Notes: a model not told the origin generated them from the letters alone. Counted from the stretch's first letter, positions 25,229 through 38,735 are shown. The stretch is DNA of 64,000 bases from Zootoca vivipara (GCF_963506605.1 NC_083286.1:24118001-24182000), one strand, 5' to 3'. Numbers and translations: made by a program.

Positions 25229-26092
25229 ATCTTTTCATCTATCCATCTATATATATAGTGACTAACTATTGTATTGATGATGATGATCTGTTTATTATCT
25301 GTGCACGGCTGCTATGCACTTCAGAGAACAATGAATGCATGTCTACTTAAAGGTAAATCCCATTGTCATTGATCTAAATGTTTCTATTGTATTTTTGGAA
25401 CCTACTGAAGACCTTCCTTTTTCAAAAAGCTTTTAGAATGGGCGTCTTTATTCTAGAGTGTATCTGTACTGTTTATGAAGCTGTTTTTACATATATGAGT
25501 GTTTTTAATTCTTATGATTTATATATGTTATAAATCATACAATATGAGGTCTTCAGAGCTCTTCCCAGTCTACACCCACTTCCTCTCCTTGAGTGTTTTC
25601 GCCTGGTAGGAAAGTGTCCTTTGATAATACATCTTGCTTGTCTGAATGAAACAAGGCTTTATTTCAGCCAGAACCTACCGGAACTCAGTTCTGGCACTTC
25701 TCATGTGGGTGTCATTGCCATTCTAAGAGAACAAGGGAGGTGCTCATGGCATAGCTGCCAAGTTATCCCTTTTTTTAAGGGAAATTCCCTTATGCTCAAT
25801 AGGCTTCCTCGTGAGAAAAGGGAAAACTTGGTAACTATGGCTCATGGTGAGTTTCTTTTTCGAGAAAAATAGTATTGGGATGGAGGAAGGAGTGCCAACT
25901 TGGCCCCACAACTGTGGGTGCCCAGGGCTGTGGGTGCCATGCAGCGTGCATGGCCCTGGCACCGAAATTTGTGGGTGCCCAACCCCTTTGTGGGAAATTT
26001 TGAGAGTGCTGGAGTACCCAGGGCCCCAGGGAGTCGGCACCTATGGTGGAGAACAGAGAGAGGTTTGTGAATTTGTGTGGAAACTACTTTAC

Positions 26093-26341
26093 CAGGGGTC
26101 AGCAAACTTTTTCAGCAGGGGGCCGGTCCACTGTCCCTCAGACCTTGTGGGGGGCCAGACAATTTTTTTTGGGGGGGGGATGAATGTATCCCTATGCCCC
26201 ACAAATAACCCAGAGATGCATTTTAAATAAAAGGACACATTCTACTCATAAAAACATGCTGGTTCCCAGACCGTCCGCAGGCCGGATTTAGAAGGCGATT
26301 GGGCCGCATCCAGCCCCCGGGCCTTAGTTTGGGAACCCCTG
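26093..26341. mobile_element. hAT MITE, uninterrupted relative of the 42597-45028 element in opposite orientation
   Basis: CAGGGG...CCCCTG termini, 8-bp TSD TACTTTAC/TACTTTAT. Confidence 0.85.
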
Positions 26342-27737
26342 TACTTTATTGTACAAAGGTAATATTTTATCTTCATTGCTCCACCTGCTTTTGCCGAAGG
26401 CTGCACTTTGGTTGCCCAGCATTGAATCTGACCCTTTGGCTAAAAAGATTACCTCATCCTTGTTATACATTTTCATTGTACAAGGACACTGCTTTCCTCC
26501 TGTGCATACTGCTGCTGTCCCATATACCTCTTTGGAAAACACTTTAAAATAAGGGGGTGAGAAACCGTACCCAACCTTTAGCAACCCTACTGCACCCATA
26601 TTAGGAGTATTTATTTTGATATGTATGTTTAATTTAGGCCTTTGCTTCTTCAGGCTATTTCTATGACTTGGTATGTTACATGTGGTTAGGATGGATTTAT
26701 TTCAGCCAGAACTTGTAGGATGTATTAATGTATAATATTGCACTTGCCACCTCAACTGGGGCTTGCTGAAGACAAGTATATACCGTATATGCTTAACATA
26801 CTTAAGATATGCTACTGTTATTACCTAGCTGTTACTATTTGAATGGATTTTGCATTGTTTCTGGTTTTGTTGTATTATTCTGATAGAAACTGTAAACTGC
26901 TGTTGGGCTATCAATGAAGGGCAGTATATGTTTGAATAAAATAAGTAAACAAATAAATTAATGCATGCTTTTCTTTGTTCCATTATTGCCACCCTTGGAT
27001 TAGAGTTGAAGTATATTTTGTGGCAGCAGCACAAAAAACGGAAATAAATAGGCACAGTACTGGGTTGGGAAGATTGGAAGGCAATTTGCTTACTCCCCAG
27101 ACATCAAGTTGATCATTTAGGTGGAGGGGAAAGGCTGGTAATCCTCTTCATCCTCTGATTTGCATGCTGCAGCCGAGGAATGCATGTTTGTGTTTCCACC
27201 TCTTTATCTGTGCATGCAAAATGTGTAGCCACAACCACTATTGGCCACACCAGCTTCTGGCAGAACACCCCAAAGGCTTGGTCAAGGGTGAATATGGTCC
27301 TTGAGACCCCACCCCCTACTGGAAAATTAGCTACCCCTTCCCTAATCCAAAAGCTGGTTCTGCACCTACAGCACAGTGATTTATGGATAAGAATATAAAC
27401 AATTAAGTGGTAAACCAGTACCATTTCAGATGACAAGTGGGAAACACTATTTAGGAAGTCACTGCCCTTTACAAACAACATCACCTCTCTGCAAATACAA
27501 AGTCAGCACTGCCGGCAAATGGCGATGTCTTTCTCCCTGATGTGTAGAATTTTTGCATGAAGTGTTTGCCGTAAAGGTACTGTATATCAAATTGTAATTG
27601 TGAATTTTAACTTGCAGTTTGAAATAGAGCAGGTTCATGCATTGCAGGGGGTTGGATTAAATGGACCCCGGGTTCTCTTCCAACTCTATGATTCTACAAT
27701 TGTATCATACCATTTCTGCATTTCTGCACTAAGCTTG

Positions 27738-27740
<3 letters not shown>

Positions 27741-27819
<79 letters not shown>

Positions 27820-27829
27820 AGAGAGAGAG
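27741..27829. repeat. (CT)~38 microsatellite directly followed by (AG)6
   Basis: Direct reading of the sequence. Confidence 0.95.
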
Positions 27830-28884
27830 GGACTACAAGAATCTTATAAATGACATGGTAAATTGGATCAGTGGTCTATCTATTTGCATTGACCAATCAT
27901 ATGCCTCATGGTAGGCTGTGATTCTCAAATCTATCTCCTGTTGATAGTTCCCAGGTATTCAGCACAGATTTTGGTTGTTATCTCAAGCTGGGAAAGCAGA
28001 CAAGTGTGTGACTTACGCATCTCTGTTCTGTGCTTCCAGTGTATTTCAAATTACAACATATAAAATGGAAACACTAGTGTATTTCTAAAGGGGAAAGTGG
28101 CCCATATCCCCTATGCTGACATGTGCAAGCTGTTCCAGTGACTGGATTCTGTCTCTTACTGTGTTGGAGATGCAAATAATTCAGATATTAAGGGCAAATC
28201 ATTCGTCTCACCACAGGGAATATTTGCAAGTTCCCCCGTTTATACACTGTGCTTTAAATGGGCACAACTGGATGTGATCGTTTCTACAAGCACTTCTGTG
28301 GTTTGGAATTATCTGAGGACTGTTTCTGAACAGAGAGTTGTTGACATGATCGTAGGTTTAAACCACCAGCAGACCAATCCTCATTTGTTTATATAGGCCA
28401 CTTACGGTGACAATAATACTGCAAGTATTGAATTAGGTATTCAATATAGAATGCCTCTTTTTCAATAAATGTTTGGTAGGGATCAGCTTGCTCTATTATT
28501 TTGTGAATATTCATTTTTATTATACACAGACCACTACGGTGGCTCCATCTTTTTATAGAAGGGGGAAAAACATTTATTTTGTGTATTAAGGAATAATACT
28601 CTTTATTGATCGGTGCTGGTGGGAAATGAACTAAATGCATTTCTGTACGCTTGGCAACATCCATGATCCCCCCCCCCTCCAAGTGGGAGTATATTTTAGT
28701 TTTAGTGGAGAAATAAAATGGTAGAGCAAACAAGCAGCTACACTTTGTAGCCTTTATTTGTTAGTTCAGATGGGGGCTGGATTTACTGGTGAAACAAGAT
28801 CAGCATTGCCTCCAATTGTGGAAACTTAAGTTTGGAAGGGGTGGAGGAAGTAAAAATAAATAAATACTCATGCATTTCCAGAAG

Positions 28885-28981
28885 GCAGCCCTGTATTGGG
28901 AAGTTTTAAATTCTTGATTTTTGCAGTGTTTTTTAATATATTATGTTGGAAGCTACCCAGAGTGGCTGGCTGGGGTATAAG

Positions 28982-29027
<46 letters not shown>

Positions 29028-29028
29028 C
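28885..29028 (+). mobile_element. L2-type 3' end with (CAA)n tail
   Basis: AAGGCAGCCCTGTATTGGGAAGTTTTAA..CCCAGAGTGGCTGG followed by (CAA)n. Confidence 0.65.
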
Positions 29029-29434
29029 CTCCATCCCACAACCAGGAACGAAAATGTAAGATATTGTATGGAATATATAGACAACAGCTTTCTTAATGTA
29101 TGTCCTTGCATAATCAAATGTTCTCCTCCTCTCCTCCCTCTGTGCTACTCTAAATCTTGCCCCCCCCCACGCATTCTGAGGCAGATCTGGGGAGGTGTGG
29201 GGTGCATGGGGCAAGAAGGGGGAAAGTCCTGCTGGGCAAGTGAAAAGCCTTGTACTGATGGGACAAGAGATTTGAATACTGACCCCATTGTGGGCCGTTG
29301 AGCAGTAGATGAATGCTAGGAGCTTACCTGCCCCACTGCTAATCCAGTGTTGACAGCTCAATACTTACCTTGCTCCTGTCAGCTCCCAAAAGGAAAACAG
29401 TGCCCAACCCGGTGATAATAGAATAAATGATGCA

Positions 29435-29620
29435 GGGAGGGAGTTGCAGTCCAAGACAGGGAAAGAGCTGGTTAGGGAATACCTGGCTACTTTAAGTGAA
29501 TTCAATTCTCCAGGGTCTGATGAACTGCATCCAAGGGTAAAAAAAGGAACTTGCTGGTATAATATCAGAGCCTCTGTAATGCTTGAAAATTCAAGTGAGG
29601 TCCCTGTGGACTAGAGGCAT
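29435..29620 (+). mobile_element. Degraded CR1 ORF2 internal fragment
   Basis: Encodes a remnant VREYLATLSEFNSPGSDELHPRV, typical of the CR1 pre-RT region. Confidence 0.6.
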
Positions 29621-29750
29621 TGGATGTGCTTTAAATGTATGGTGAATATGTATCCTATGTTTGCTCATGGGAAGCCAAATGCTTGGTTTAGGGCTTATAA
29701 ATCAGGGGAAAAAACACATGGTATTTGGGATATGTTGCATAGTAGCTCAG

Positions 29751-29924
29751 GTAAACGGCGTTTCCATGTGCTGCTCTGGTTTGCCAGAAGCGGCTTTGTC
29801 ATGCTGGCCACATGACCTGGAAGCTATACACCGGCTCCCTCGGCCAATAATGCGAGATGAGCGCGCAACCCCAGAGTTGGTCACGACTGGACCTAATGGT
29901 CAGGGGTCCCTTTACCTTTACCTT
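29751..29924 (+). mobile_element. Sauria SINE, 5'-truncated
   Basis: Near-identical to the 3' half of the 11335 copy. (ACCTTT)n tail, TSD TAGCTCAG. Confidence 0.9.
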
Positions 29925-29985
29925 TAGCTCAGTTTTCCAGTACCAACAACTATCAAATAATGCAACATTAAAATCAGAGAATGTA

Positions 29986-30134
29986 GGTTGGGATAGCTCA
30001 GTTGGTAGAACATGAGGCTCTCGATCTCAGGGTCATGAGTTCTTGCCCAAGTTGGGCAAAATATTCCTGCATTGCGAGGGGTTGGACTAGATGACCTTCG
30101 TGGTCCCTTCCAGCTCTACAATTCTATGATTCTA
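29986..30134 (+). mobile_element. tRNA-Lys-derived SINE with CR1-type tail
   Basis: GATAGCTCAGTTGGTAGAACATGAGGCTCTCGATCTCAGGGTC head, homologous to 1944-2088. Confidence 0.8.
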
Positions 30135-30666
30135 AGCCACTAATGATATCTATAGGTAAGCAAAGTGTGTCTGCTCAGGTGAAAGGAGGAAGAAGAGGTA
30201 TTCTTGCAGCCTAGAGTACCTAAAGCAACTGTTGATTTCAACTCCTAGAGTAGGCATATTTGATAGGGTATTTTGTTGCAGTGTGAAGAGAGAATAAATA
30301 CACAACTGCTAAGAACTTTTAAGTAGCATATGAATTTGACCAGATCTGACATTAAATATATACCTTAAGGAATAGTATCTTAAGGAGTAAAGATACAGAT
30401 TCCATTAGAAACATGTAAGTTCAAGCACAGTTTGGAATGAAAAATAAATGGAAATTGTCTCTGCCAATGTTCTTTTGTTTGTTCGCTTGATGAGGTAAGC
30501 TTTTGCAATTTTGGACAACATTTTAAACAAATCTACAGATTGAGAATATGAAAATCAGTGAAGGAATGAGGTTTCACTTACAAGAAACCAATATTGCCCA
30601 CAGCGATCTTGGCATATAGCATATATACATGACCTTACAACATTTTATTAAGACACATATAGAACA

Positions 30667-32067
30667 ATATGCCAGCAAGTTTGGAAAACTCAGCAATGGC
30701 CAGAGGATTGGAGAAGATCAGTCTACGTCCCAATTCCAAAGAAGGGCAGTGCCAAAGAATGCTCCAACTACCGCACAATTGCGCTCATTTCACACGCTAG
30801 CAAGGTTATGCTTAAAATTCTACAAGGCAGGCTTAGGCAGTATGTGGACCGAGAACTCCCAGAAGTGCAAGCTGGATTTCGAAAGGGCAGAGGAACCAGA
30901 GACCAAATAGCAAACATGCGCTGGATTATGGAGAAAGCTAGAGAGTTCCAGAAAAACGTCTACTTCTGCTTCATTGACTATGCAAAAGCCTTTGACTGTG
31001 TCGACCACAGCAAACTATGGCAAGTTCTTAAAGAAATGGGAGTGCCTGATCACCTCATCTGTCTCCTGAGAAATCTCTATGTGGGACAAGAAGCTACAGT
31101 TAGAACTGGATATGGAACAACTGATTGGTTCAAAATTGGGAAAGGAGTACGACAAGGTTGTATATTGTCTCCCTGCTTATTTAACTTATATGCAGAATTC
31201 ATCATGCGAAAGGCTGGACTAGATGAATCCCAAGCAGGAATTAAGATTGCCGGAAGAAATATCAACAACCTCAGATATGCAGATGACACAACCTTGATGG
31301 CAGAAAGCGAGGAGGAATTAAAGAACCTTTTAATGAGGGTGAAAGAGGAGAGCGCAAAATATGGTCTGAAGCTCAACATCAAAAAAACCAAGATCATGGC
31401 CACTGGTCCCATCACCTCCTGGCAAATAGAAGGGGAAGAAATGGAGGCAGTGAGTGATTTTACTTTCTTGGGCTCCTTGATCACTGCAGATGGTGACAGC
31501 AGTCACGAAATTAAAAGACGCCTGCTTCTTGGGAGAAAAGCAATGACAAACCTAGACAGCATCTTAAAAAGCAGAGACATCACCTTGCCGACAAAGGTCC
31601 GTATAGTTAAAGCTATGGTTTTCCCAGTAGTGATGTATGGAAGTGAGAGCTGGACCATAAAGAAGGCTGATCGCCGAAGAATTGATGCTTTTGAATTATG
31701 GTGCTGGAGGAGACTCTTGAGAGTCCCATGGACTGCTAGAAGATCAAACCTATCAATTCTTAAGGAAATCAGCCCTGAGTGCTCCCTGGAAGGACAGATC
31801 GTGAAGCTGAGGCTCCAATACTTTGGCCACCTCATGAGAAGAGAAGAATCCTTGGAAAAGACCCTGATGTTGGGAAAGATTGAGGGCACTAGGAGAAGGG
31901 GACGACAGAGGACAAGATGGTTGGACAGTGTTCTCGAAGCTACGAACATGAGTTTGACCAAACTACGGGAGGCAGTGCAAGACAGGAGTGCCTGGCGTGC
32001 TATGGTCCATGGGGTCACGAAGAGTCGGACACGACTAAACGACTAAACAACAACAACAACAACAACA
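30667..32067 (+). mobile_element. BovB (RTE clade) LINE, 5'-truncated, young
   Basis: Uninterrupted frame from 30667 to the stop at 32046, (CAA)n tail, TSD ATAGAACA (30659 and 32068). Confidence 0.96.
30808..32046 (+). CDS. BovB reverse transcriptase, partial (TE-encoded, no endonuclease or promoter in this copy)
   Basis: 412-aa ORF with QAGFRKGRGTRDQI, FIDYAKAFD, GVRQGCILSP and LRYADD reverse-transcriptase motifs. Confidence 0.9.
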   Translation: MLKILQGRLRQYVDRELPEVQAGFRKGRGTRDQIANMRWIMEKAREFQKNVYFCFIDYAKAFDCVDHSKLWQVLKEMGVPDHLICLLRNLYVGQEATVRTGYGTTDWFKIGKGVRQGCILSPCLFNLYAEFIMRKAGLDESQAGIKIAGRNINNLRYADDTTLMAESEEELKNLLMRVKEESAKYGLKLNIKKTKIMATGPITSWQIEGEEMEAVSDFTFLGSLITADGDSSHEIKRRLLLGRKAMTNLDSILKSRDITLPTKVRIVKAMVFPVVMYGSESWTIKKADRRRIDAFELWCWRRLLRVPWTARRSNLSILKEISPECSLEGQIVKLRLQYFGHLMRREESLEKTLMLGKIEGTRRRGRQRTRWLDSVLEATNMSLTKLREAVQDRSAWRAMVHGVTKSRTRLND

Positions 32068-33059
32068 ATAGAACATTTATGTGATATTGTTTTCTATGGT
32101 TGTCTATATTTTGCAATCGTAACAGTAATAATGAGTTGGGACATGTTGCCATTGGGTAAACTAGGGTCATAACTTTATTTCACTTTGACATGACAAGATC
32201 CACAACAATCCTAACAGTGTGGGATGCTACTAATGCAGGAACTATCTATTGACTATCCATAGTCTCAAATAAGAATGGGCTACTCCACCATGAGTTAGAG
32301 GTAGTGTGATTACTTCTTCTCCCCAGTGTCCACACCTTTTCAGTGGTTGAGGTAAGTCACTTCTTCCCACAACCTTCATCACTCTGGGTTAGCTGCCAAG
32401 GGGTTCTGTATTTCATCTCCAGGTTCCAAAACCCTAAGTAGCAAGACTCCTGACTTCTCCATCAGCTTCCTCAGACAGACCAGATATTTCCCTACATAGC
32501 CCTACCATTGTGATGATCTATGGTCCTTGTCCCAGTGGGCATCTAAATATACATAGAAATGCACCCATGTTGCGGAAGCTATATACCACACTAAGAGAGA
32601 GAGAAATGGAGATAAACAAGACAAATGTTTACTTTCATCATGTGGGAACATATTCTTAAAATAATCATAATGTAAAGCTAATGAAGTAAATTCGGCCCAA
32701 TCTATGCATTGCCACTGCATATTAGGTGCTGAACTCAATGAGACCCAATTCTGAGCAGATATGTATAGGAATGGGCTGGAAAGATGGAAAATAATGTAAA
32801 AAAAAGTTTCATCCATTACAATAGAGATGGGGAACCCCTGGCATTCAGATGTTATTGAGCTACAACTTCATTTTCCTTGTCTGGTGGTCATGCTCACTAG
32901 GGCTGATGGCAACTTAAAGTCCAACAATGTCTGGAGTGATGTGGACTCCCTGCTTTACATATTGGAACCAATGACCTCTGGGTTCCCATTAGCAGATGAA
33001 TCCCAATTCCACATCAGTTTTCTGCTTCTTTTGAATCTACAAAAAGCTTTCGAACTAAA

Positions 33060-33275
33060 ATAAAAATAAAAAATCCTTCCAGTAGCACCTTAGAGACCAA
33101 CTTAGTTTGTCATAGGTATGAGCTTGTCATAGGTATGATATCTGAAGAAGTGTGCATGCACACGAAAGTTCATACCTATGACAAACTTAGTTGGTCTCTA
33201 AGGTGCTACTGGAAGGATTTTTTATTTTTATTTTGACTGCGTCAGACCAACACGGCTACCTACCTGTAACTAGTA
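33060..33275 (+). mobile_element. Penelope-like pLTR insertion with inverted 5' segment
   Basis: About 65-bp inverted arms and a 13-bp TSD CTTTCGAACTAAA (33047 and 33276). Confidence 0.8.
33139..33175 (+). ncRNA. Minimal hammerhead-ribozyme-like motif (Penelope type)
   Basis: UAU-CUGAAGA-A-GUGUG(CAUG)CACAC-GAAA-GU-UC-AUA contains the CUGANGA, stem II, GAAA and UH core. Confidence 0.6.
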
Positions 33276-35498
33276 CTTTCGAACTAAATTCCACTCTGGG
33301 AAGGGCAGATCCGTACATTCGTCCATTTCAATTGTGGCACAGGAGGAGGGATGAATGAATCAGACAGTCCCTTTGGCACGTGTTCATTCGTAAGTCTGTT
33401 CCATTCCATTTCCAAATTAATCTGTGATTCTTTTGGGGGGGGTCTGCAGATAAATTCACATTTAGAAGCAAATTTAAATATGTATTCTAAATATATTTTC
33501 TCTAAATGACGTACATCTCGAACAAAATAAAAAATAAGTATTTGATACCCCCCTCCCCCAAGTCAAGAAATGTTTGAAACGTCTAAGGCAAATGGGTAGC
33601 TAAGTTCTGATCTGCTCATTAGTCTGGGAGATGTAGATCAGGCCAATTCTTATTGGAATTAACAAAGAACTGTTAATGGGTGTAAGTGTGATGCAGGAGA
33701 ATGAGGTTCTTTACACCTTATTGTTGCCCCTTCTTAGGAAGAAATCACATTGTCCCCCTCCATTTCTCTTTATAGATTTTGTTATTATGATTTAAATTTT
33801 ATTTCATTAATGAATTGCCTCCCATGAGAAATCCCAAAGTGATTTACAATAAAACTAATGATAACTATACAAAAAAAATGAAGTTTTAAACACCAGTGCA
33901 TACATAAAATGGATTCTGATCCAGGAAAGATAAGCCAACTGGGATATGATTTTTAGGAGATTTATTGAAATTTATTTAGCACACACCAAATAGACAATAG
34001 AGAAGAATTCTGTCAGCAGCGAGACCAGGCAACTTGGAAGTAGTTTCCACATTGCACAGTTAGCATACCATTTCATCCTTCTTCTTTTCCTTACACATTT
34101 TAAAATGAATAATGTGACGCAAAAACATTACAGCATTATAAAAGTATTGTTTATATTAAGTTATGAACCCATTTACTTAGAGGCCTCCAGAGTAACCTCC
34201 AACCAGACTTATCTCATCATTAAAAAGGAAATTGTGTCAGCATAGTTTCACAAACAAATGTAGACCTCAGGGATCTTTAAAAAATAATAATACAAGAAAT
34301 ATTAGGCAATTATCTGCTACTAAAACATCAACAACCATCTCTGCCCTCCAAAATGAGAAAGTCTTGAAAAATTACATTTCTTGCTCAAAGCAAATAAACT
34401 GCAGGTGGATTAGGAAACCACTTTTAAGTCGCCAGCATTATGTGATCTTGATCAAATATAGGATACCATCAAACAGCAGTGATGCTTATTAGATGGAAGA
34501 AAGAAACTGAAATAGGGCCGTTTTGCCAACAATTGGAAACTTAGGAACTAATTGCAAAAAGTTTAAGACCTGAAGGGAGATGAAGTTTTATGCTTATTCT
34601 GAGTACGTTCAGACATATGTTCCCTTATCTGAATATGTGATATAAAACATAGAAAATAATTAAAGTGAATAATTGGATCCATTTCATGTCTTCATTAATA
34701 CATTAAACAAAAGATGACATGTTTTCAGCCTGCTAAGAACCCTAATGGCCATATTTTACATCCAAATACAGTATTTTTATTCATTTATTTTCATTGTGGT
34801 TTTTTTTGCCAGAACAGCCAATGGAAACCAGTAGGGGAGGAATTCCAGGGAGGAATTAATTGAAAATAGACTAAAAATTCACTTGCTAGTATAAATTTTA
34901 AAACCCAGTGGAATGCATTGTTCATTTTTGTTCTAAATAAGTGGCCTCTTTTGTTACCTGCTGGCTGTATCTGAGCTAATAGTTAAAACCTGAGGATTTC
35001 AAACTGTCAAATACAAAATGGTATATGCTACAAACTTTCAAACATAAATTAGCTTGAGCATTATGTATGTTTCTGCAAATTCACAAATGACCATTTTCAT
35101 GAGTGCATCTAAATAAAATATGCATATGTGAAACACAATATTGTATTACAGAAATTATTTATGTCAGTAGGATCACATTGAGCATAGAAATGTAAAATGT
35201 TCAACATGCCCTCGGGTATTCATATATAACCCTGGACACAATGAGCAAAATACCAAGAGGATGCTAAACTGGATTTCCCTGATGCCTGAGTGAGGGAAAC
35301 ATGACAGGATTAAGTGTATACTGAACAGTGAGGCTGTAATCCTAACCCAATTTACCTAGGAGTAAACTCTATTGAATACAACAGAAGTTTCTTCTGAGTA
35401 AACAGTGTTAGGACTGCAACAATAGATGGCTTTGTGAAGGGCCATAAGCCACTTTATTAACATTTTTCATGGTTTTTGCCAAAAAGAAGAAAAGGTGT

Positions 35499-35822
35499 CA
35501 GGGCCGGATTTAGGTTTGATGAGGCCCTAAAATACTGAAGGCAATGGAGCCCTTTATATGTCCAGCTGTCAACAACAAATTGTCACTGTTTTTTGTGTTG
35601 AATATATGCTATATGGTAATTTACGGACCTAATAGGTATCTAAAGCCATTTGCACATAACACAATATGTATTTTATCAAAGTAATTGCTGAAATGAAATA
35701 CAATTAAGAAGTATATTAATAGTGAAATACAATTAAGAAGAAATATATTTGGGGGGGGGGGCCACAAAGAGAGTGGAGCCCAAAGCTATAGCTTGTTTAG
35801 CTTATACGTAAATCTGGCACTG
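35499..35822. mobile_element. hAT-like non-autonomous DNA transposon
   Basis: Termini CAGGGCCGGATTTA...TAAATCTGGCACTG. No clear TSD. Confidence 0.55.
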
Positions 35823-36805
35823 GGTTCCTCCCTATGCTTGCAAGCTGGGTAGGACAGTGGAGTGTTTGGGACAGAAATGAGGAAGAAGAGGGAAAATGTT
35901 TCCACGCAAGTTGATGCTATAAATGTATCTTAATTCCCACCCCTCTACCTAATTGGTCATCTCCCAGAGAGCTAGTTGATCGGCTATAGGTAAGGAAATG
36001 CCCCCTTCTTAAATCTGTGGTCACCCACCGCATCAAATTGACAGTATAAGAAGCTGATTCCCCCCCCCATATATACTTAAAATAAGTTTTATTGAATACA
36101 AAAAAAGTATTCCTGAAATGCACGTCTGTGTTACATGTGGATTCAGATGCATTGATTGATAGAGCTTTATAAAGAAGCCAAGATAAGACAGATCCTCACT
36201 ATACTAGCATTTAGCCGGAGCTATCTGTCTTCACCTTCCACAAGCACTAAAATGCATCATGTACAATATATTTCTTTTACCAAGGTCCTTAAAGTGCCTT
36301 CTAAAGCACCAGGATAATACAGAAAAGAACCTGATAGAACTAGATACAAAAAAAGAATATTAAAAGGACTGAACAGACTGACATGTGCAGAAATACCTGC
36401 CTTGATAACCTTGAAACTTAACATTGGGGCAGGGGAAAGGGGGACTCAACGCGTGCGCCCCAACACCTCAAGGACATACTCTCAGATCTGAGAATCAATT
36501 TGTAACTCTCAGAATGTGCTGCAGTATAGTCCAATCCATAACCAATTCATTAAAATGGGAAGGTGATTCTGGGGAGCAACTGAAGATGTCTTTGAGCAAA
36601 ATAGTGCTATGAGCATTTGGGGGGGTAGGTTGGCTGAATGCCTGGGCCCCCTTCAAATTCCTAAGATCCGGCACAGATTTAATTGCTGGAATAGCCAGGC
36701 CAGCCTGGGTGATGGGCCATTAATAGAACAAAAGCAAAGGGGATGAGACCAGTAGTGTGCAATCAGCAGACTAGTGGGGCTAGGCTTAAATACCCAGCCC
36801 CTAAA

Positions 36806-37184
36806 GGGACGCGGGTGGCGCTGGGGTCTAAACCACTGAGCCTGCCAATCAGAAGGTCGGCAGTTCAAATCCCTGCAATGGGATGAGCTCCTGTTGCTCT
36901 GCCCCTGCTCCTGCCAACCTAGCAGTTCAAAAGCACGCCAGTGAAAGTAGATAAATAGGTACAGCTGCAGCAGGAAGGTAAATGATGTTTCCATGCACTC
37001 TGGCTTCCGTAATGGTATTCTGTTGCGCCAGAAATGGTCTAGGCATGCTGGCCACATGACCCGGAATACTGTCTGTGGACAAACACTGGCACCCTTGGCC
37101 TGAAAGCGAGATGAGCACCACAACCCCATAGTCGCCTTTGACTGGACTTAACCATCCAGGGGTCCTTTACCTTTACTTTTACCT
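36806..37184 (+). mobile_element. Sauria SINE, full length, different subfamily from the 11335 copy
   Basis: GGGACGCGGGTGGCGCTG head, (ACCTTT)n tail, 12-bp TSD TACCCAGCCCCT. Confidence 0.9.
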
Positions 37185-38735
37185 TACCCAGCCCCTCCAT
37201 GATTCACCCAGAAAAACTTCCTTCACATTGGTGTGGGGCAAATTTGAAACCCCACTTTATAATTAGATTGGCATTCTCATCTTTTCTTCTTTTTGAGCAA
37301 TCTGAAACAGCAACCATAACAATATTTGTTTTGTTCCGCTCCTCCTCCTCCTCCTTTTTTTCAAAATATTGTAACTGTAAAAATGATGAAGTATTTCCAG
37401 TGAACTCTTGTCAACATCCTAGAAAATATGCCAGAATGACAACACCTATTTATGTTCTGTTGACTTGAGAAAAATAAATAAAATCCAGTTTTCAAACTCC
37501 TCTGGAACAGACAGCACACAAACGACAATGATACTAACTCCATAGCCAGGTTTCATTTTCTGTTATTGTTCCTTCCACCTCATAGTAAACCTCGGGGCCA
37601 CAATCCAACACAGAGTTAAGCATACTTCAGTCCACTGACATCAAGCTGCTCTGCTTGGCAAACATAATTAAAAGATTGGAGGACACCGCTGACAGGTAAA
37701 TGAGCAGCTAATATTATTCCAAAACTGATTATTATCTGAAGAAAGTTATGGGGTATGAATTTACTCTTACTTACTGACAACTCTCTGACCTGTAACAAGT
37801 ACTCACCAAAGAAGACGACATTGGTCAGAGGAGCAATGATGCAAGAAACCCTGGGCCAGTCCTATCCTTAATCAACTCTGGGAGTAGCGAGAATAAGAAT
37901 TATCCTACTACAGTATATCAAACCAAAGGTCCATCTAACCAAACATTTTGAAGAGGTTCATTGACTTATTTTGTTTTATTTAGAGTTACAGGAAGTCGGG
38001 TAAGTCCCAGAGGATGGCTTATCCTTCTCTTATTTCTGACCCTTTATCCTAGGGGGAATATTCTAGGGGCGTGCTTTGGTTATGGGTGCCCCACCATGTT
38101 CCGTAATAAACTGGGGAGATTCAGGAAGGACTCTCCCATTTATAGAATGGGTTGTGTCATTAGCTTGGTGTCTCAAGGAAGTTAAGAAACTATGTTTCTG
38201 AGTGATTCAGTGGTTCTTGCATTCTCAAAAACACACAATCACCCCACCCACAAGAACAGAAACAAATTTACAGGGGAAATGCCCAGAGCTCAAGAAGGGA
38301 GATGTGTGTAGATAGAGCAGGGATATTTCATTTCAAAGGTTAGTGCTATATTTTAATCACAGTGAATGGTTCCCCCCCCCCCACTTCATTCCAATCACAG
38401 TGATTCAGGGAAGGGATTTAAAACACCGTTTGGTATACATGTGTATAGCAAACTTCCCTCTGTACAGACCTCTACTGTATCCCAGAAATTTCGGGGCACT
38501 GACTTCCCACCAATGACCCTTGGGACATCATGGTACTTGCTAGAAGGGTCATATTTTCCCAATTCCAGTATTCTCTTAGGAGCCATTATACCCCCTCCTT
38601 TCCTTATAACCTTTCTCCTATGCAAGTCATCAACTCTCAGGTATGTGGTAAAGCCCTAGGGCAGGACGGAATCTCAACAGAAGTGATAAAAACTGGCCTG
38701 ACCTCCTCCCTCCTGGCACACCTCCATGGCCTTCT

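Noticed and set aside
29986-30058. Functional tRNA-Lys gene (also 1944-2015 and tRNA-Ile at 22707)
   Set aside because: Degenerate stems, and each is fused to a CR1 tail, so these are SINE heads.
31077-32018. Antisense ORFs of 135 and 171 aa
   Set aside because: Shadow frames of the BovB RT ORF.
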